Notes: generated from the letters alone by a model not told the origin. A DNA stretch of 64,000 nt from Paraspadella gotoi (GCA_051294375.1 CM119263.1:31727476-31791475), one strand, 5' to 3'. Numbered from the stretch's first letter, positions 37,829 through 51,482 are shown. Numbers and translations are program-made.

Positions 37829-38148
37829 ATGTATCAACATCTGTTGAAAAACGGGGGCAGCGGAACATCGTCTCCTTTACACCTGCAATACGAAGACATC
37901 GGAATGACAAATTTAAGAAATGTTGAGTCAAACGCGGATTTAATCTCTTCCGGAATCGCATCCGCTGGGCCCCTGTTCGCTTCCGACATCGTTTCCAGCT
38001 CCACGTCCAGCAAAGCTGCGCAGCAATTCGCTTCCGAAGTCGCGTTCGGAGCCAATGCTTCCATGAAGGACACGATGAAAGGCCAGAGGTGGATTCCGAG
38101 AAAGTGGAAGCGCCTCCGACCTCATCTGACCACACTGTGGAACATTTG
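37829..38148 (+). CDS. tinc: Tincar-like multipass membrane protein, first coding exon (start codon tentative)
   Basis: Open frame ending RPHLTTLWNI(W), like tincar HLNSLWSVWY. Donor tg|gtgagt, phase 2. Confidence 0.75.
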
Positions 38149-38506
38149 GTGAGTGGGGGTGAGATGTGGAGTCAGTGGTGGGGTGAGTGATGGGGAGAGA
38201 CGAGGGGTGAGTGAGAGTAAGTGAAGTAAATTTTTTAAGTGGGGGCGAGTGGGTTGAGTTGGGGTGATTGGTGGTTAGTGGGAAGAGTGGTTAAGGCTTA
38301 AGGGATCGACTGAAGAGTGGTGGTGGTGACGTTAAGAGGATATACATGAAGTTTTATGGAGGGAGAAAGAGAAAGAGAGAGAGAGAGCGAGTACTGTTTT
38401 GATTTTTGATTATCGTTGGGGATTTTTGCTAGAGTAATTGGAGATTCGCACTTATGGTCTGAATTCAGGCCCGAGAGAGAGAGAGAGAGAAAGTGAAGAG
38501 AAAGAG

Positions 38507-38578
<72 letters not shown>

Positions 38579-39162
38579 AGAAAGAGAGCATAACCTCAAA
38601 GGAAATGAGGATGAGAATAAGAATTTGAATTTGATTTTTTTTTGGGTCCCGAAGAGAAACGCCCAATTTTCTTAATGACCCAACCCAAAATTTAATTTAT
38701 TTTTAAAAAAGAAAAATAAAGTTATTTGAAAAAGTATTAATGTCACAGTTTATATGATGTACGTTAGTAGGTTTATTTGTATTATTAATAAGCAATAACT
38801 TCCTAAAAAATAGTTTCAAAATAAAAGCTTATAAATTAATGAGTACTTATTTTTTTCTATTCTAATAGCTTTTTGTTTGTTTATTAATATTGTACTGAAC
38901 AAACATCGTGGTATTTAAATAAAATCGCACATATATAAGCTTACAAAATAAGTTGAAAAAATGTCTATAGAGTGGAATCAAAAGTGCTATCAAAATGCTG
39001 AAAAAAAGTCAATCGAAAGTGCAATCAAAAATGCAAAGGTTAAGAGTCATAATTCAGCAAAGAAATAAATTGTTTAAAAGAAACATTAGACATTAAACAT
39101 TAAAAATATCTTTGATAAAATTTTTTTTTCATTAAATAATCTCTTTGATACACACACACACA

Positions 39163-39202
<40 letters not shown>

Positions 39203-39291
39203 CTCCTCTCTCTCTTCTCTCTCTCTCTCTCTTCTTTACTGGCAACATCAATATTTTTCTCTTTGATGAACCCGATATCCGAGAATTGAGA

Positions 39292-39361
<70 letters not shown>

Positions 39362-40200
39362 TTTCTCTCTCTTCTCTTAAACGATATTATTTCTCTTCTC
39401 TGTTTATTTTTTCACTTAGATTTTAATTATAAATCGTTTTCTGTTTGAAAGTGTTAATTTTTGTCTTGGTTAAAAAATACATGTATTTATATTTTTTTTT
39501 ATCTTCTTTTTTATCTCTTACTCTTCTCTTTCTTTAATCTCTTTCTTTTCTCTCCTTTTTCTCTCTTGTCAAATATAAATTTCTCCTTCTCTGCCCCCAT
39601 TTAGTGTCCAAGTGACCAAAAGAGACAAATATTGACATTTTTTTCGATTTATTACTAACGCGTTACTCGTTCGTAGTTTTAACATTTTTTTCCAGTCCGA
39701 TATTCGATAGTACTCTCAAAATTTCCTTTTATTTTATTATATATTATATTAGTTTAAACGTTTTAATCTAAAAATAATCATACATAATCGACTCAATTTC
39801 ATGGCCATATATCTAATTCCCTAATCGGCCGAACTTTTTTTAATATATTTATTTTTTTGGAAATTTATTAATTAATAATTTAAATTGTTATTAACAATGA
39901 AGACGATGAAATTAAAAACTGTTTTTCAGATAGTGATAGTTATTTTTATTAATAATTAAATTAATTGATTAATTTTTTTTCTTTAAACATACGAGCATCG
40001 GCAAAGAAAAGTGATTAAGTGTTTTCCACTTTTTTTTATTCAATGAAATTAATGAAATGTTGACTTTTGAACATTTTAGTTCCTGTCACTGACTCTACAG
40101 TCTACATATAACTCTCTCTCCTGATCTAATAAATTCCAGTTTCCATCTCCCCATCTCTTCACCATCTCTAAATCTTCCCCCCCCCATCTCCTCCCCCTAG

Positions 40201-40356
40201 GTATTGCGTTGTGGTCGTTCTCATCGAAATTCTCCTCCTGCTCCGAGCATGGAGTCTCTTCCAAGATTTCGCTTTCGTCGAATGGACAAAGAAGCAGAAA
40301 CCAGAATTTGAGTTGGGAATCTATTGGGTCATCGTCGCCCTCTCTGCGCTTTGCAT
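40201..40356 (+). CDS. tinc: Tincar-like protein, coding exon 2
   Basis: ccctag|g...at|gtaaga. Encodes (W)YCVVVVLIEILLLLRAWSLFQDFAFVEWTKKQKPEFELGIYWVIVALSALC(I); 156 nt, phases match both neighbours. Confidence 0.88.
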
Positions 40357-40828
40357 GTAAGAAATTGAATTCATAAATCTCATTTGCATATAGTAGTAAG
40401 TTATTTCAAGTCCCATTTGTTTATGATCTTTTTAATATGAGGCCTATTTTTGGGGGTTTTTTTTTCAACTTTTTTATATTGTTTAGAATTTTGATTGAGT
40501 CATAGATGATATTGTGATATTTCGATTGAATAATTATGTTATTGATGATTAATACACAAGTGTGCAAAAAAACTTTTAATGGTCCGCAGTCCGCACTGCT
40601 GTTCCAGAATATTAAACAAATGCTGAGCATCGGAGAAGCGCTCAGTGATTGCATGGCCTCTACTAGAGACTCTAGGGTTCAGAATTAAGTTACGGTTAAG
40701 GATTAGGGTTTAAGATTAGCGTTGAGAAATGGTTTATAGATTTGAAATTATATTTAGGACTAACTTAAAAGTTAAAATAAATTCATAAATTTTTGCTATT
40801 TTTTTTCCTTTTCATCTTTCACCTTCAG

Positions 40829-40916
40829 TCCTCCTTTCATTTTCTGCGCGATTTTCAAAATCGGAAATTACGCCAACGACGGACATAAATTGGGAAGAGA
40901 ACTCAACATATTAGAG
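40829..40916 (+). CDS. tinc: Tincar-like protein, coding exon 3
   Basis: ttcag|t...gag|gtaagt. Encodes PPFIFCAIFKIGNYANDGHKLGRELNILE, containing the tincar signature FK(V/I)GNxANDGxKL. Confidence 0.9.
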
Positions 40917-40993
40917 GTAAGTAATAAAAAGTGAGTTTCGGAAAGGGTTTCGAGTTTAGCAAACAACGATTTTATTCATAAAACAGTGGACAA

Positions 40994-41036
40994 CTGGACA
41001 TGTTTTGACTTGTAACTTTTAAGTGTTCTTCAGCAC
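40994..41036 (-). ncRNA. Degenerate Penelope-type hammerhead remnant
   Basis: Reverse complement gtg-ctgaaga-acacttaaaagttacaagtc-aaaa-catg-tc resembles the 483-524 motif, with GAAA mutated and stem II weakened. Confidence 0.45.
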
Positions 41037-41210
41037 TTGTGAAGCTTAACAATTTTTCACTTTACAAGATCTATAAAGTGGTATAATTATTCAAAGAATA
41101 TTTCAATTGTATAAAAGGATCACTCTCTATGTAATGAGTTGACGACTGGTGAAAAACTAAAAAAGGAATTTAATGATTTTCTTCACCAAAAATGAAGAGA
41201 AGGCAAATGG

Positions 41211-41287
41211 TTTTTTGTTTCGCGGGGAGTACTCGCGGTGCAACTTTATAAGTCACTTTTTGGTCGGTCGGTCGGACATTCGGTTGG

Positions 41288-41377
<90 letters not shown>

Positions 41378-41404
41378 TCGGTTGGTATAATAATAATAAT
41401 ATTA

Positions 41405-41460
<56 letters not shown>

Positions 41461-41793
41461 TCATGTAATACTTAAACATTATAATAATAATAATAATAAT
41501 AATTCATGTAATACTTAAACATTTTGGATAATACATGGCTTGCTGATAAGTTATCAGTAAATAGTTCTTTGGTTTAAATTTATCATAAAAATATGGTAAT
41601 ATTATTTAAACCTTATTTACAGAATATTTAAAAAAATTCTTAGTTATATTAGATGAGACTTTGCAGATAAGTGGTCAACGTTTATCATATATATATAATA
41701 TATATATATAATTATATAGTCACGTAATCACTCAATAATACATGCGCTAAGAAAGTACCTGCGGCGCAACACATTTGAATTCCCGTTCTTGTT
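41211..41793 (+). mobile_element. HINE-like element, family 2, with internal (AAT)n
   Basis: T-run start, GGTC microsatellite, 3' gcggcgcaac subTIR and terminal cttgtt. Confidence 0.6.
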
Positions 41794-41962
41794 AAAAATC
41801 ATTTCTTGACAAATTCTTTAAATTAAAACTTCTTTTCGCCGAATGAAATGGATTTCTTCATTAATGAGGTGGATGACAGAATTTAATGCTTTTTTCGGGT
41901 TTGAAAAGTCTTTTTGGAAGGATAATGGAATTCGGCAAGTGTATTTGTGATAAATTGGTGTC

Positions 41963-42086
<124 letters not shown>

Positions 42087-42365
42087 TAGGACTGAGTCTA
42101 TTCGCTAAGATCTCGGGCAAGCTTTGACATAGATCTATGAACCAAGAATTGAAGGAAGGAAAGAGAGAGAGAGAGAGACAGGGAAAAAGATGGGGAGAGA
42201 GAGAGAAGAAGAGAGGGGAAAAGAGGAGGAAAGATGAGAAAATAGTGAAGTGAAAATAAGAAAACGAAAAGTTTAATTATAAATTTAAGAAAAGGAAAGA
42301 GAAGTATAAATAAAATAAAAAAATTCATTGAATGGTAAATTAAAAAAGAAGAATTCTATATACAT

Positions 42366-42415
<50 letters not shown>

Positions 42416-43889
42416 AAGGGGAGAGCATTGACGAGAAAAAACGAAGAGGAGCGAAACCTTTTTGACAGATGGATTTCTTTCTTTTTTTTCTTTTTTTTTA
42501 TTCCTTTTATGTTTTTCTTTACATTTGTCTCTCCTTTCTATAATTCCCTATTTATACTATTATTTCATAAACAAAAATACTAGAATATTGAAAATTCTTA
42601 ATGTAAGTTTTCTTTAGCTCCTATGAGTTGGCACTTTTCCTCTATTTTTTCTCATTATATCTTTTCATCTTTTTCTTTACTTTTTTCCTTTCCTTCTATT
42701 CTTTCCATTTTTTCTCCCTTTATTTTTTTTCCTTTTCTCACTAATTTTCTTTTTTTCCTTTCTTCCTTTCCTTTCATTTTTTTCTTTCCTCCTTTTTTCC
42801 CCTTTTTCCTTTCCTGATTTTCTTTTTTCCCTTTTTCGCTTCCTTCTTTTCTTTCCTTTTTCCTTTCCTCCTTTTCTTCTTTTCTTTTTCTTTTTTCTCC
42901 TTTTATTTTTTCCCTTTTTCGTTTCATTTCCTCCTTTTTTCCCCTTTTTCCTTTCCTTCTTTTCTTTTTTCTTTTTGTCCTTTCCTTTCTTTTTTTCATT
43001 TACTTTTTCCTTTCTTCCTTTTTTTTCCTTTTATCCTTTCCTCCTTTTCTTTCCCTTTTTCCTTTCCTTCTTTTCCTCTTTTCGTTTTTCTTTCCTCCTT
43101 TTCTTTCACTTTTTCCTTTCTTCTTTTTCTTTTTTCCCCTTTTCGTTTCCTTTCCTTACTCTATTTCCCTTTTTCTTTTCCTCCTTTTCTTTTTTCCCTT
43201 TTTCCTTTCCTTTCCTTTTTCTTTCCTTTTTTCCTTTCCTCCTTTTCTTTTTTCCCTTATTCCTTTCCTTTCCTTCTTTTTTTTCCTTTTTCTTTTCTTT
43301 CTTTTCTTTTTTTCCGTATTCCTTTCCTTTCCTCCTTTTATTTCCCTTTTTCCTTTCCTCCTTTTTTTTCATTTTTTCTTTCCTCATTTTCTTTTCCTTT
43401 TTTCCTTTCTTCCTCTCTTTTCTTTTTTCTTTCATCATCTCCTTTCCTTCCTCTTTTTTTCTCTTCTCTTTCGCTTCGCCAACTTTCTTGATCCATTTTC
43501 TTTTCCCGCCAAAAAATGGACTCATAACTCAGAACCGAGAATTTTCAGCTCGGGACACGAAATGGACTCGAGACTTTTAAAAAGACCAAAGAGGAGGAAT
43601 ATTTATATATATTTTAGATATTTGATAATAAAATATATTAACTGAGATTTTAGGTGGAATATTTATACATATTTTAGATATTTTATATTATATATCAATG
43701 TAACCAAATGTACTAAATTTCTGAATTTTTTTAAAACTAAATTATGGAATAAAATATTTTATTTTTAATTGCTAACTCCACAAAAGGCTGTGATTAATCA
43801 TGATGTGAACTCGATTGTAGATTAGACGTAAGTGGAGACAAACTTACTTGAAAAATTAGAAGCTTCAAACGAGAACCCGGGGGAACGGT

Positions 43890-43987
<98 letters not shown>

Positions 43988-44085
43988 ACTCTATTTCTCA
44001 TTCTTTTTCTCTCTCTCAAGTCTGCCGATTGTTTCTGCTTAGTGACCATAACTTTTTCCCTGGAGGTCAGTCAGTCGTCACAGAT

Positions 44086-44178
<93 letters not shown>

Positions 44179-44435
44179 TTCATTTCCATCTTTTGCTTCG
44201 GTTTTCCAGACTCCCTTCTTTTTTCGTTTTCCTTTTTTTTCTTTTTTTTTTTTCTTTTCACTTCTTTACCTTAAAATGAGCAGAACGAATCATAATCATA
44301 ATCCATGAGTTTTTCCTTAAATGATAAGTAAAGACCAAAATAAAACTTATTTATTTATAAACAAGATCGGTTGTGTTGACTTAACTCGTGTATTTGTGAT
44401 ACGCACTGCATTGAAATTCTGTCTTTTATTCTTTA

Positions 44436-44766
44436 TGTAGATTTAGGATTTCCTTAAAGCGGCGCAAGCAGTCACTTAGATTTTAGGTTTTTTCCTGTCT
44501 TAACGAATGAGCAACTATTTGTTAATTTTCTCAACGATTTTAATTTTATATTTTTAGTTGCGCCATGAGTACTCGCGGAGCAACTCTATGAGAGTCTGTT
44601 GGTCTGTTGGTTGGTCGGTTGTTTGGTATGTCTGTCCGTAAGTCTATCCCACTTACGTTAAAAATGCTCATAACTCGCCTATAGTCGGTTGCTCATTGGT
44701 TAAGACAGGAAAAAACCACAAATTTAAGTGACTGCTAGCGTCGCCCTCAGGAAATCCTAAAACTAC
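44436..44766. mobile_element. MITE-like element with ~80-bp imperfect terminal inverted repeats
   Basis: tgtagatttaggatttcc...gagcaac at the left and gttgctc...ggaaatcctaaaactaca at the right. A HINE family 2 5' end lies inside. Confidence 0.6.
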
Positions 44767-45332
44767 ACCTATCTTATACGTATATATATTTTTTAATGTT
44801 TATTGTTACTTTGCCTTAATTTTTAAATTCTTTTCCCCTTTTTCTCTGACGCTCCGATGACATGAGTTCATGAGTTCAGAGTTCATGAGTTTTGGAAATT
44901 TTGTTCTCTTATATTTTTATTACATACAATAAAAAACAAATTAAACCTTTTTCATTGCGATTTCCTGTATTTTGACTAAAATCAACAGGACAAAAATAAA
45001 ATTGAATTTTCAAAATGTCACGATGCAGTCATTCATTGCGACAAGTTCACTTTACATATATAACCATGAGGAAAGCGTGAGGGCGGTCGTAAACCGCCTT
45101 AAGGGCATAGAAAAGCCTCAAGCCTGGTTCCAAGCCCAGGACCAGTTCCATTTCTACCGAGAGGGCACAGAAGATAAGGATACTAGTCTTCAGCCCACTT
45201 AGCGACAGATCCGAATCTGATTCAGTCATTAATTGATTCATTCATTCATTCGTTCTTTTCATTCGTTCATTCAGTCATTCATTCAATCATTCATTCATTA
45301 ATCCATTTTTACCGACAATTACCTACCGACAG

Positions 45333-45489
45333 CTTTTCGTCGACGACGCTCTTCGGCCTCGCGTCGGTCAACTCAGCCGCCATTTTCCCCCTGCCGCGTC
45401 TGTCCTGCATCTCCTCGCTGCTCTGCTGCTGCTTTTCCCGCCGCTCATCTTAAGAGCGCAACTCGTCCGTCACGAGATTCTTAAAGGAG
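45333..45489 (+). CDS. tinc: Tincar-like protein, coding exon 4 (further exons not identified)
   Basis: gacag|ctt...gga g|gtgaga. Encodes LFVDDALRPRVGQLSRHFPPAASVLHLLAALLLLFPPLILRAQLVRHEILKG, like tincar HGGPTAAFVHLVIALCLLLP. Its phase-0 start matches exon 3. Confidence 0.88.
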
Positions 45490-46938
45490 GTGAGAGACTT
45501 TTGTCATTAATTTTGGGTCAGTTTAAGGTGACAATGCCATCATTTTAACTCTTTCAACTTTTTTTACGTAAATTATACTATAACGAACCATAAATTATAC
45601 ATTAGTATTATCATTATTATTATATTTCTTCGTCATCGTTATTACTATATTTTTGTCATTGTCATTTTTGTCATTATCATCAGCTTAGAAGTGAGTCTGT
45701 CATAGTTATCATCGCCATGTCAGGGATTTTCTCATATTAACGTTACAGAATGACATTAGGCACAATGAGTCAAAAGTGGTTTCGCCTCCATTTAATTAGC
45801 AATAGCTTCGACGGGTTGGGTCCTTCAAAGTGGATTACTATTCTTTTAAGAAAGGTTGGCAATGGGCACCTCGCCATGAGCTGATGGCAAATTGCCAGAG
45901 GTTGATGGCAAATTGCGAGGTACTGATGGAAAATTGCCTATGGCATCGCCTAAAGGAGAAAGATAAAGAAGGGAGAGAAATGGAGAGAGGAAAAGGAGAA
46001 GATAAGAAGGAAAGAAAGGAGAAATAAAGAAGTAGGAAGGGAGGAGAGAAAGAGAGAGAGAAAAAAGAGAAGATAGGAAGGAAAGAAAGGAGAGATAGAG
46101 AAGTAGGAACGGAGGAGAGGAAGAGAGAGAGAAAAAAGAGAGAGGAAGGAAAGAAAGGAGAAATAGAGAAGTAGGAAGGAAGGAGAGAAAGAGAGAGAGA
46201 AAAAAGAGAAGATAGGAAGGAAAGAAAGGAGAGATAGAGAAGTAGGAAAGGAGGAGAGGAAGAGAGAGAGAAAAAAGAGAGAGGAAGGAAAGAAAGGAGA
46301 AATAAAGAAGTAGGAAGGGAGGAGAGAAAGAGAGAGAGAAAAAAGAGAGAGGAAGGAAAGAAAGGAGAGATAGAGAAGTAGGAAAGGAGGAGCGGAAGAG
46401 AGAGAGAAAAAAGAGAGAGGAAGGAAAGAAAGGAAAAATAGAGAAGTAGGAAGGGAGGAGAGGAAGCGAGAGAAGAAAAAAGAATATTGGAACAAAAGAA
46501 AGGAGAAATAGAGAAGTAGGAAGGCAGGAGAGGAAGAGAAAGAGGAAAAAGAGAAGATTTGAAGGAAAGAAAGAAGAAGGGCGGGGATTCAAAACTTTAG
46601 TCTTGAAGTCTACTTTCAGGTAAAAAAATTAATTAATTTTTTTAATCAATCTTATCTTTTTTTGATGGATTCTGATAGAGCATAAAAAGTTAAATAAAAA
46701 AAAAAACTACAACTTTCAAAGATTCTTATATTTTCTTGGAGAAAATTTAAAAAAAATAATAAAATAATCGAAAGATGATGATGATGATTATAAATAGTTT
46801 TTTTTATATTTTTCACCCACTTATCGAAAAAAGAATTATACTTTGTGTAGACAACTTTTTGCAAGATTCCTGAATTTTACCTTAAAAATAAAAAAAATCC
46901 TAAAAAAATTTTTAGCCTTTAAAATTAATATATGGGGT

Positions 46939-47653
46939 TGAAGAGGCTTGGGTTTTACAGGGCGCCACACCCGCAGCGGTGTCACCTCGTGGCGACAGCA
47001 AGACAGCATGTTCATGTAGTCCAGAGCTTTGGATCTGGCAGTAGGCCTATGCCTACAGGCGGTTACCCGGTCCATCCCATCTTTCTACATGACAACCTCA
47101 AGGCTCGAACCAGGGACGCACATTGGATGGTGCATTAGTCCACTGAGCCACTGAGGCGCTGCGAAAGAAACAGCTTTAATCCATCTGTGGTGATAGGACC
47201 ACCAGACAGCCGCCCCCGGACTCTCGCATATGAGAGTACGAAGCAGGGGGATGAAGCGCATGTCTCTCCGCTGAACCCTTCTTCATTCTGGTGCCTTGCT
47301 TTGAGTGGCAGCTGCGTAGCTCAAACCACATCAAGGGCAGAGGAGTATTATCATGCCCGGTTGGTTGCGTGTTCGTATCACGTCGGACTCACCATTGAAG
47401 AGGCTGGTTTTTCAGGGCGCCACACCCGCAGCGGTGTCACCTCGTGGCGACAGCGAGACAGCATGTTCATGTAGTCCAGAGCTTTGGATCTGGCAGTAGG
47501 CCCATGCCAACAGGCGGGTTACCCGGTCCATCCCACTTTCTACATGACAACCTCAGGGCTCGAACCAGGACGCACATTGGGATGGTGCATTAGTCCACTG
47601 AGGCGCTGCGAAAGAAACAGCTTTAATCCATCTATGGTGATAGGACCACCAGA
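46939..47653 (-). mobile_element. Complete TRIM (non-autonomous LTR element) with tRNA-like Pol III boxes in the LTRs, Helenus-like
   Basis: Direct repeats 46939-47206 and 47396-47653, 4-bp TSD GGGT (46935-46938, 47654-47657), tRNA-Trp PBS at 47363-47394, G-rich tract next to the other LTR, A box tggctcagtgg and B box ggttcgagcc on the minus strand. Confidence 0.85.
47363..47394 (+). tRNA. 3' end of mature tRNA-Trp including CCA (extended primer-binding site; not a tRNA gene)
   Basis: ggttgcgtgttcgtatcacgtcggactcacca versus tRNA-Trp ...GGTTGCGTGTTCGAATCACGTCGGGGTCA-CCA. Confidence 0.8.
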
Positions 47654-47791
47654 GGGTAATATTATATTAAATTTTTTAAAAAAATGTTGAAATTTTCGTT
47701 AGATTCAAATTTCTTAACCAGCTTACTGAGTAAGGCTACTCCTAGTCTACGAGGCTACTCCTAGTCTAAGACCCAGATCCGTGACTCGGGA

Positions 47792-47974
47792 AGGGGACGA
47801 CGAGGGGATGAGGAGGAGGGGACGACGAGGGGATGAGGAGGAGGGGACGACGAGGGGATGAGGAGGAGGGGACGACGAGGGGATGAGGAGGAGGGGACGA
47901 CGAGGGGATGAGGAGGAGGGGACGACGAGGGGATGAGGAGGAGGGGACGACGAGGGGATAAGGAGGAGGGGACG
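47792..47974. repeat. G-rich 25-bp minisatellite
   Basis: About 7 copies of gacgacgaggggatgaggaggaggg. Confidence 0.9.
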
Positions 47975-48335
47975 AATATTGTACCTCATTGAGATTTGAA
48001 CTCGGGACCTTTGAAACATTTATTGACTTCTTCAACCAACTTTAGTCCAATTATCTCATCTCATCTCATCTCCGAGAGAGAGAGAGAGAAAGAGAGAATA
48101 AGAGAGAAAAAGAGAGAGAGAGAGATTCAACGAGCAAAATCGCAAGGCAATCAATTATCTCACTCTTAACCCCGCTAATGCAGCACCCGATGCTCTACTG
48201 GCCGTTCCGATGCCCACCCAATGCGCAATGCCGCTCCGATGCCCCACCTAATGCCCCAATGCCCCACCCGGCTCGTTTGGTCGAATCCTCCCTCACGTTT
48301 CCTCCTTTTATTGAGGCCATAAAAATTCCAGGAGG

Positions 48336-48710
48336 CATTTAAACGGTGCAAGTAGAAGTCCTTAACCTTTCTATCCTTTGCCTCTCTTTTTCACCTCTCT
48401 TTCACTTTTCTACATTTAAACGGTGCAAGTAGAAGTCCTTAACCTTCCTATCCTTTGCCTCTCTTTTTCACCTCTCTTTCACTTTTCTACATTTACACGG
48501 TGCAAGTAAAGGTCCTTAACTTTTCTATTCTTTGCCTCTCTTTTTCACCTCTCTTTCACTTTTCTCCATTTAAACGGTGCAAGTAGAAGTCCTTAACCTT
48601 TCTATTCTTTGCCTCTCTTTTTTACAAAGCCTCTCTTTAACCTCTCTGCATTTAAACGTTGCCAGTATAAGTCCTTAACGTTTTTATCCTTTTCCTCTCT
48701 TTTTCACAAA
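48336..48710. repeat. ~77-bp tandem repeat
   Basis: catttaaacggtgcaagtagaagtccttaacc recurs about 5 times. Confidence 0.85.
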
Positions 48711-49034
48711 GCTTCTCTTTCGCTTCCCTGCCTTTTGTGTTACTTTACCTATCTTTCCCTCCTTCACTTTTCCGCTTCTCTTTTCGGTTCATTTCCTTTC
48801 CTTCTCTTCTTGATTCAAAATGACGTCAGCAAATATCATTAATTTTCTTTTTTTTCTCGAACACCAAATAATTGGCGTCACATCATCCACACACAAAACT
48901 CTAAAAGTCTCAAGAGACGCAAAACATTTATAAAAATTTTCACATAAAAAATCTCACAGCATAAACAAGTCTCACCATTTACTTTTCTCCCTCAAAACAT
49001 CTTCTCAGGCCTTTTCTAATTCTCTCTCGGCGCC

Positions 49035-49410
49035 TTTAATTCCCTAATGGCCTCTTCTAATTTACTTTTGGCCAGTTTAAATTCCCTAAAGGCCTCTTAT
49101 AATTTCCTTCTGGCCAGTTCTAAATCCCTAATGGCCTCTTCTAATTTTCTTCTGGCCAGTTCTAATTCCCTAATGGCCTCTTATAATTTACTTCTGGCCA
49201 GTTCTAATTCCCTGATGGCCTCTTATAATTTACTTTTGGCCAGTTCTAATTCCCTAATGGCCTCTTATAATTTACTTCTGGCCAGTTCTAATTCCCTGAT
49301 GGCCTCTTATAATTTACTTCTGGCCAGTTCAAATTCCATAATGGCCTCTTATAATTTTCTTCTGGCCAGTTCTAATTCCCTAATGGTGTCTTATAATTTA
49401 CTTCTGTTTG
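49035..49410. repeat. 42-bp minisatellite
   Basis: Unit aattccctaatggcctcttataatttacttctggccagttct, about 9 copies. Confidence 0.9.
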
Positions 49411-51036
49411 CATCTTTTTTTCTCTGGCCACGTATAATTCCCTTTATTTTCCGTCTATTTCTGATTCGCTCTGGCCACTTCTAAGTCTCAGTGGACTCTT
49501 TTGTCTCATCGTTTGGCCTCATCTTTCCAAGTCTCACAAAAAATTCGAAAACTTTTCGGACCTTATCGTTGTCGTTGTAGTCGTCGTCTTCGTCGTTGTC
49601 GTCGTCTTCGTCGTTGTCGTCGTCGTTTATTAAAGAAAAAATCCTTCCACTAATGAGATAATTTCCTTTATTTTCTTTTCTAAAGATAAAATGTTTTAAG
49701 CAGAAAACCAAAAACCTAAAAAACAAAATAAAATATATATATAATATTGTCTTATAATATTTAGAAATTTTAGACGAAGTCATTAGCTGATTTCCTACAA
49801 AAAATAAATAAGTATAGAATAAAATGTTTCTTTGTTGACTTAAACTGACGGAAAAGAAAATTGAAACGGATTCAAAGAACAACAACAACACAACAAAAAT
49901 AATAAAAACTAAAACAACAACAACAACAACAAAAATAAAACGAAAATAACAAAAACAAAAACAAGAATCAAAACAATAAAAGCAACGACCTTTTACAAAC
50001 ATCTTTTTTTCCTTCGTCCGTCCGTCCGTCCACCTTTGTCCTTCCGTCCGTCCGTTCGTCCGTCCGTCCGTCTGACCGTGCGTCCGTCCTTTGTCCGTCC
50101 GTGCGTCCATCCTTCGTCCGTCCGTCAATCCGTCCGTGCGTTCGTTCTTAGTCCGTCCGCCCTCCGTCCATCCGTGCGTCCATCCTTCGTCAGTGCGTTC
50201 TTCGTCTGTCCGTCCTCCGTCCGTTCGTGCGTTCATCCTTCCTCCGTCCGTCCGTCCGTCCGTCCAGACTTTCCTTTACGACTTAATCCTTTTAGGTGAT
50301 TTTTTTCCTTAACTTTTTTCAGATTTTTTTCTCTTTTTTTTTAATTTTTTTCCTTTTTTTTCTCTTTTTCTAAACAATTTTTTGGGGTCTTTTTTTCCCC
50401 CTCAACTTTTTTTCATAATACTTTTATTTGCTTTTAATATTTCTTTTTCCCATTTTTTTTTACAATTATGATATTTTGCCTTTTTCTTTTCCTAAAAACG
50501 AATTTTAAAATAGGCAATTTTGATTTCACATATTCACTCTTTGTTTTGTCTCTTGTAATTTACTCCATCTTTGTTTTTTTTCTCCTTGTTTTCGTTCCAG
50601 AATCTTTTTTTCTTCGTCCTCGCTTCCTCCTCCTCCTCTTCCTCCTACTCTTCTTCTTTCTCCTCCTCCTCTTCCTCCTACTCTTCTTCTTTCTCCTCCT
50701 CCTCTTCCTCCTACTCTTCTTTCTCCTCCTCCTCCTCTTTTTGGCCAAAAAGACGAATTCGATTCTGAAATCGTCTCATCAACTTTGATGCCGACGACGT
50801 TTATCGCAAACAAAAGGCGAGAGGGAGAGGGAGAGAGGGAGAGAGAGAGGGGAGAAGAGAGAGAGGATCAAGAAGGGAGAGAGAGGGAGGGAGAAGGAGG
50901 GGGAGAGAGGAAGGGAAGAGAGAGAAAGGGAGAGAGAGAGGCTCGAGGGGGAGAGAGAGCGGGAGAAAGGAAGAGAGAGAGAAGGAGGGGAGGAGAGAGA
51001 AACGATCAAGAAGTGAGAGAGAGAGAAGGAGAGAGA

Positions 51037-51482
51037 GACTCGCCAATCAGACTGACTCGCCAATCAGACTGATTCGCCAATTAGATTGATTCGCCAATTA
51101 GATTGATTCGCCAATCAGACTGATTCGCTAATTAAACTGATTTGCCAATCAGACTGATTCGCCAATTAGAATGACTCACCAATCAGATTGACTTGTCAAT
51201 CAGAATGACTCGCCAATCAGACTGACTCGGCAATCAGAATGACTCGCCAATCAGACTGACAGGCCAATCAGACTGACTCGCCAATCAGACTGATTCGCCA
51301 ACTTGACTGATTCGCCAATTTGACTGATTCGCCAATTAGACTGAATCGCCAATCAGACTGATTCGCCAATCAGACTGATTCGCCAATCAGACTGACTGGC
51401 CAATCAGAATGGATTGCTAATCAGAATGACTCGCCAATCAGACTGACTAGCCAATCAGACTGACTCGCCAATCAAAATGATT
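51037..51482. repeat. 17-bp minisatellite containing CCAAT boxes
   Basis: About 26 copies of cgccaatcagactga(c/t)t. Confidence 0.9.

Noticed and set aside
49047-49484. 145-aa ORF with leucine-periodic repeats (LLASSNSLMASYN), LRR-like
   Set aside because: It is the product of a 42-bp minisatellite, with no splice or homology support.
51037-51482. Regular short repeats resembling a CRISPR array (also 37300-37670 and 48336-48710)
   Set aside because: There are no unique spacers or cas genes, and the context is eukaryotic.
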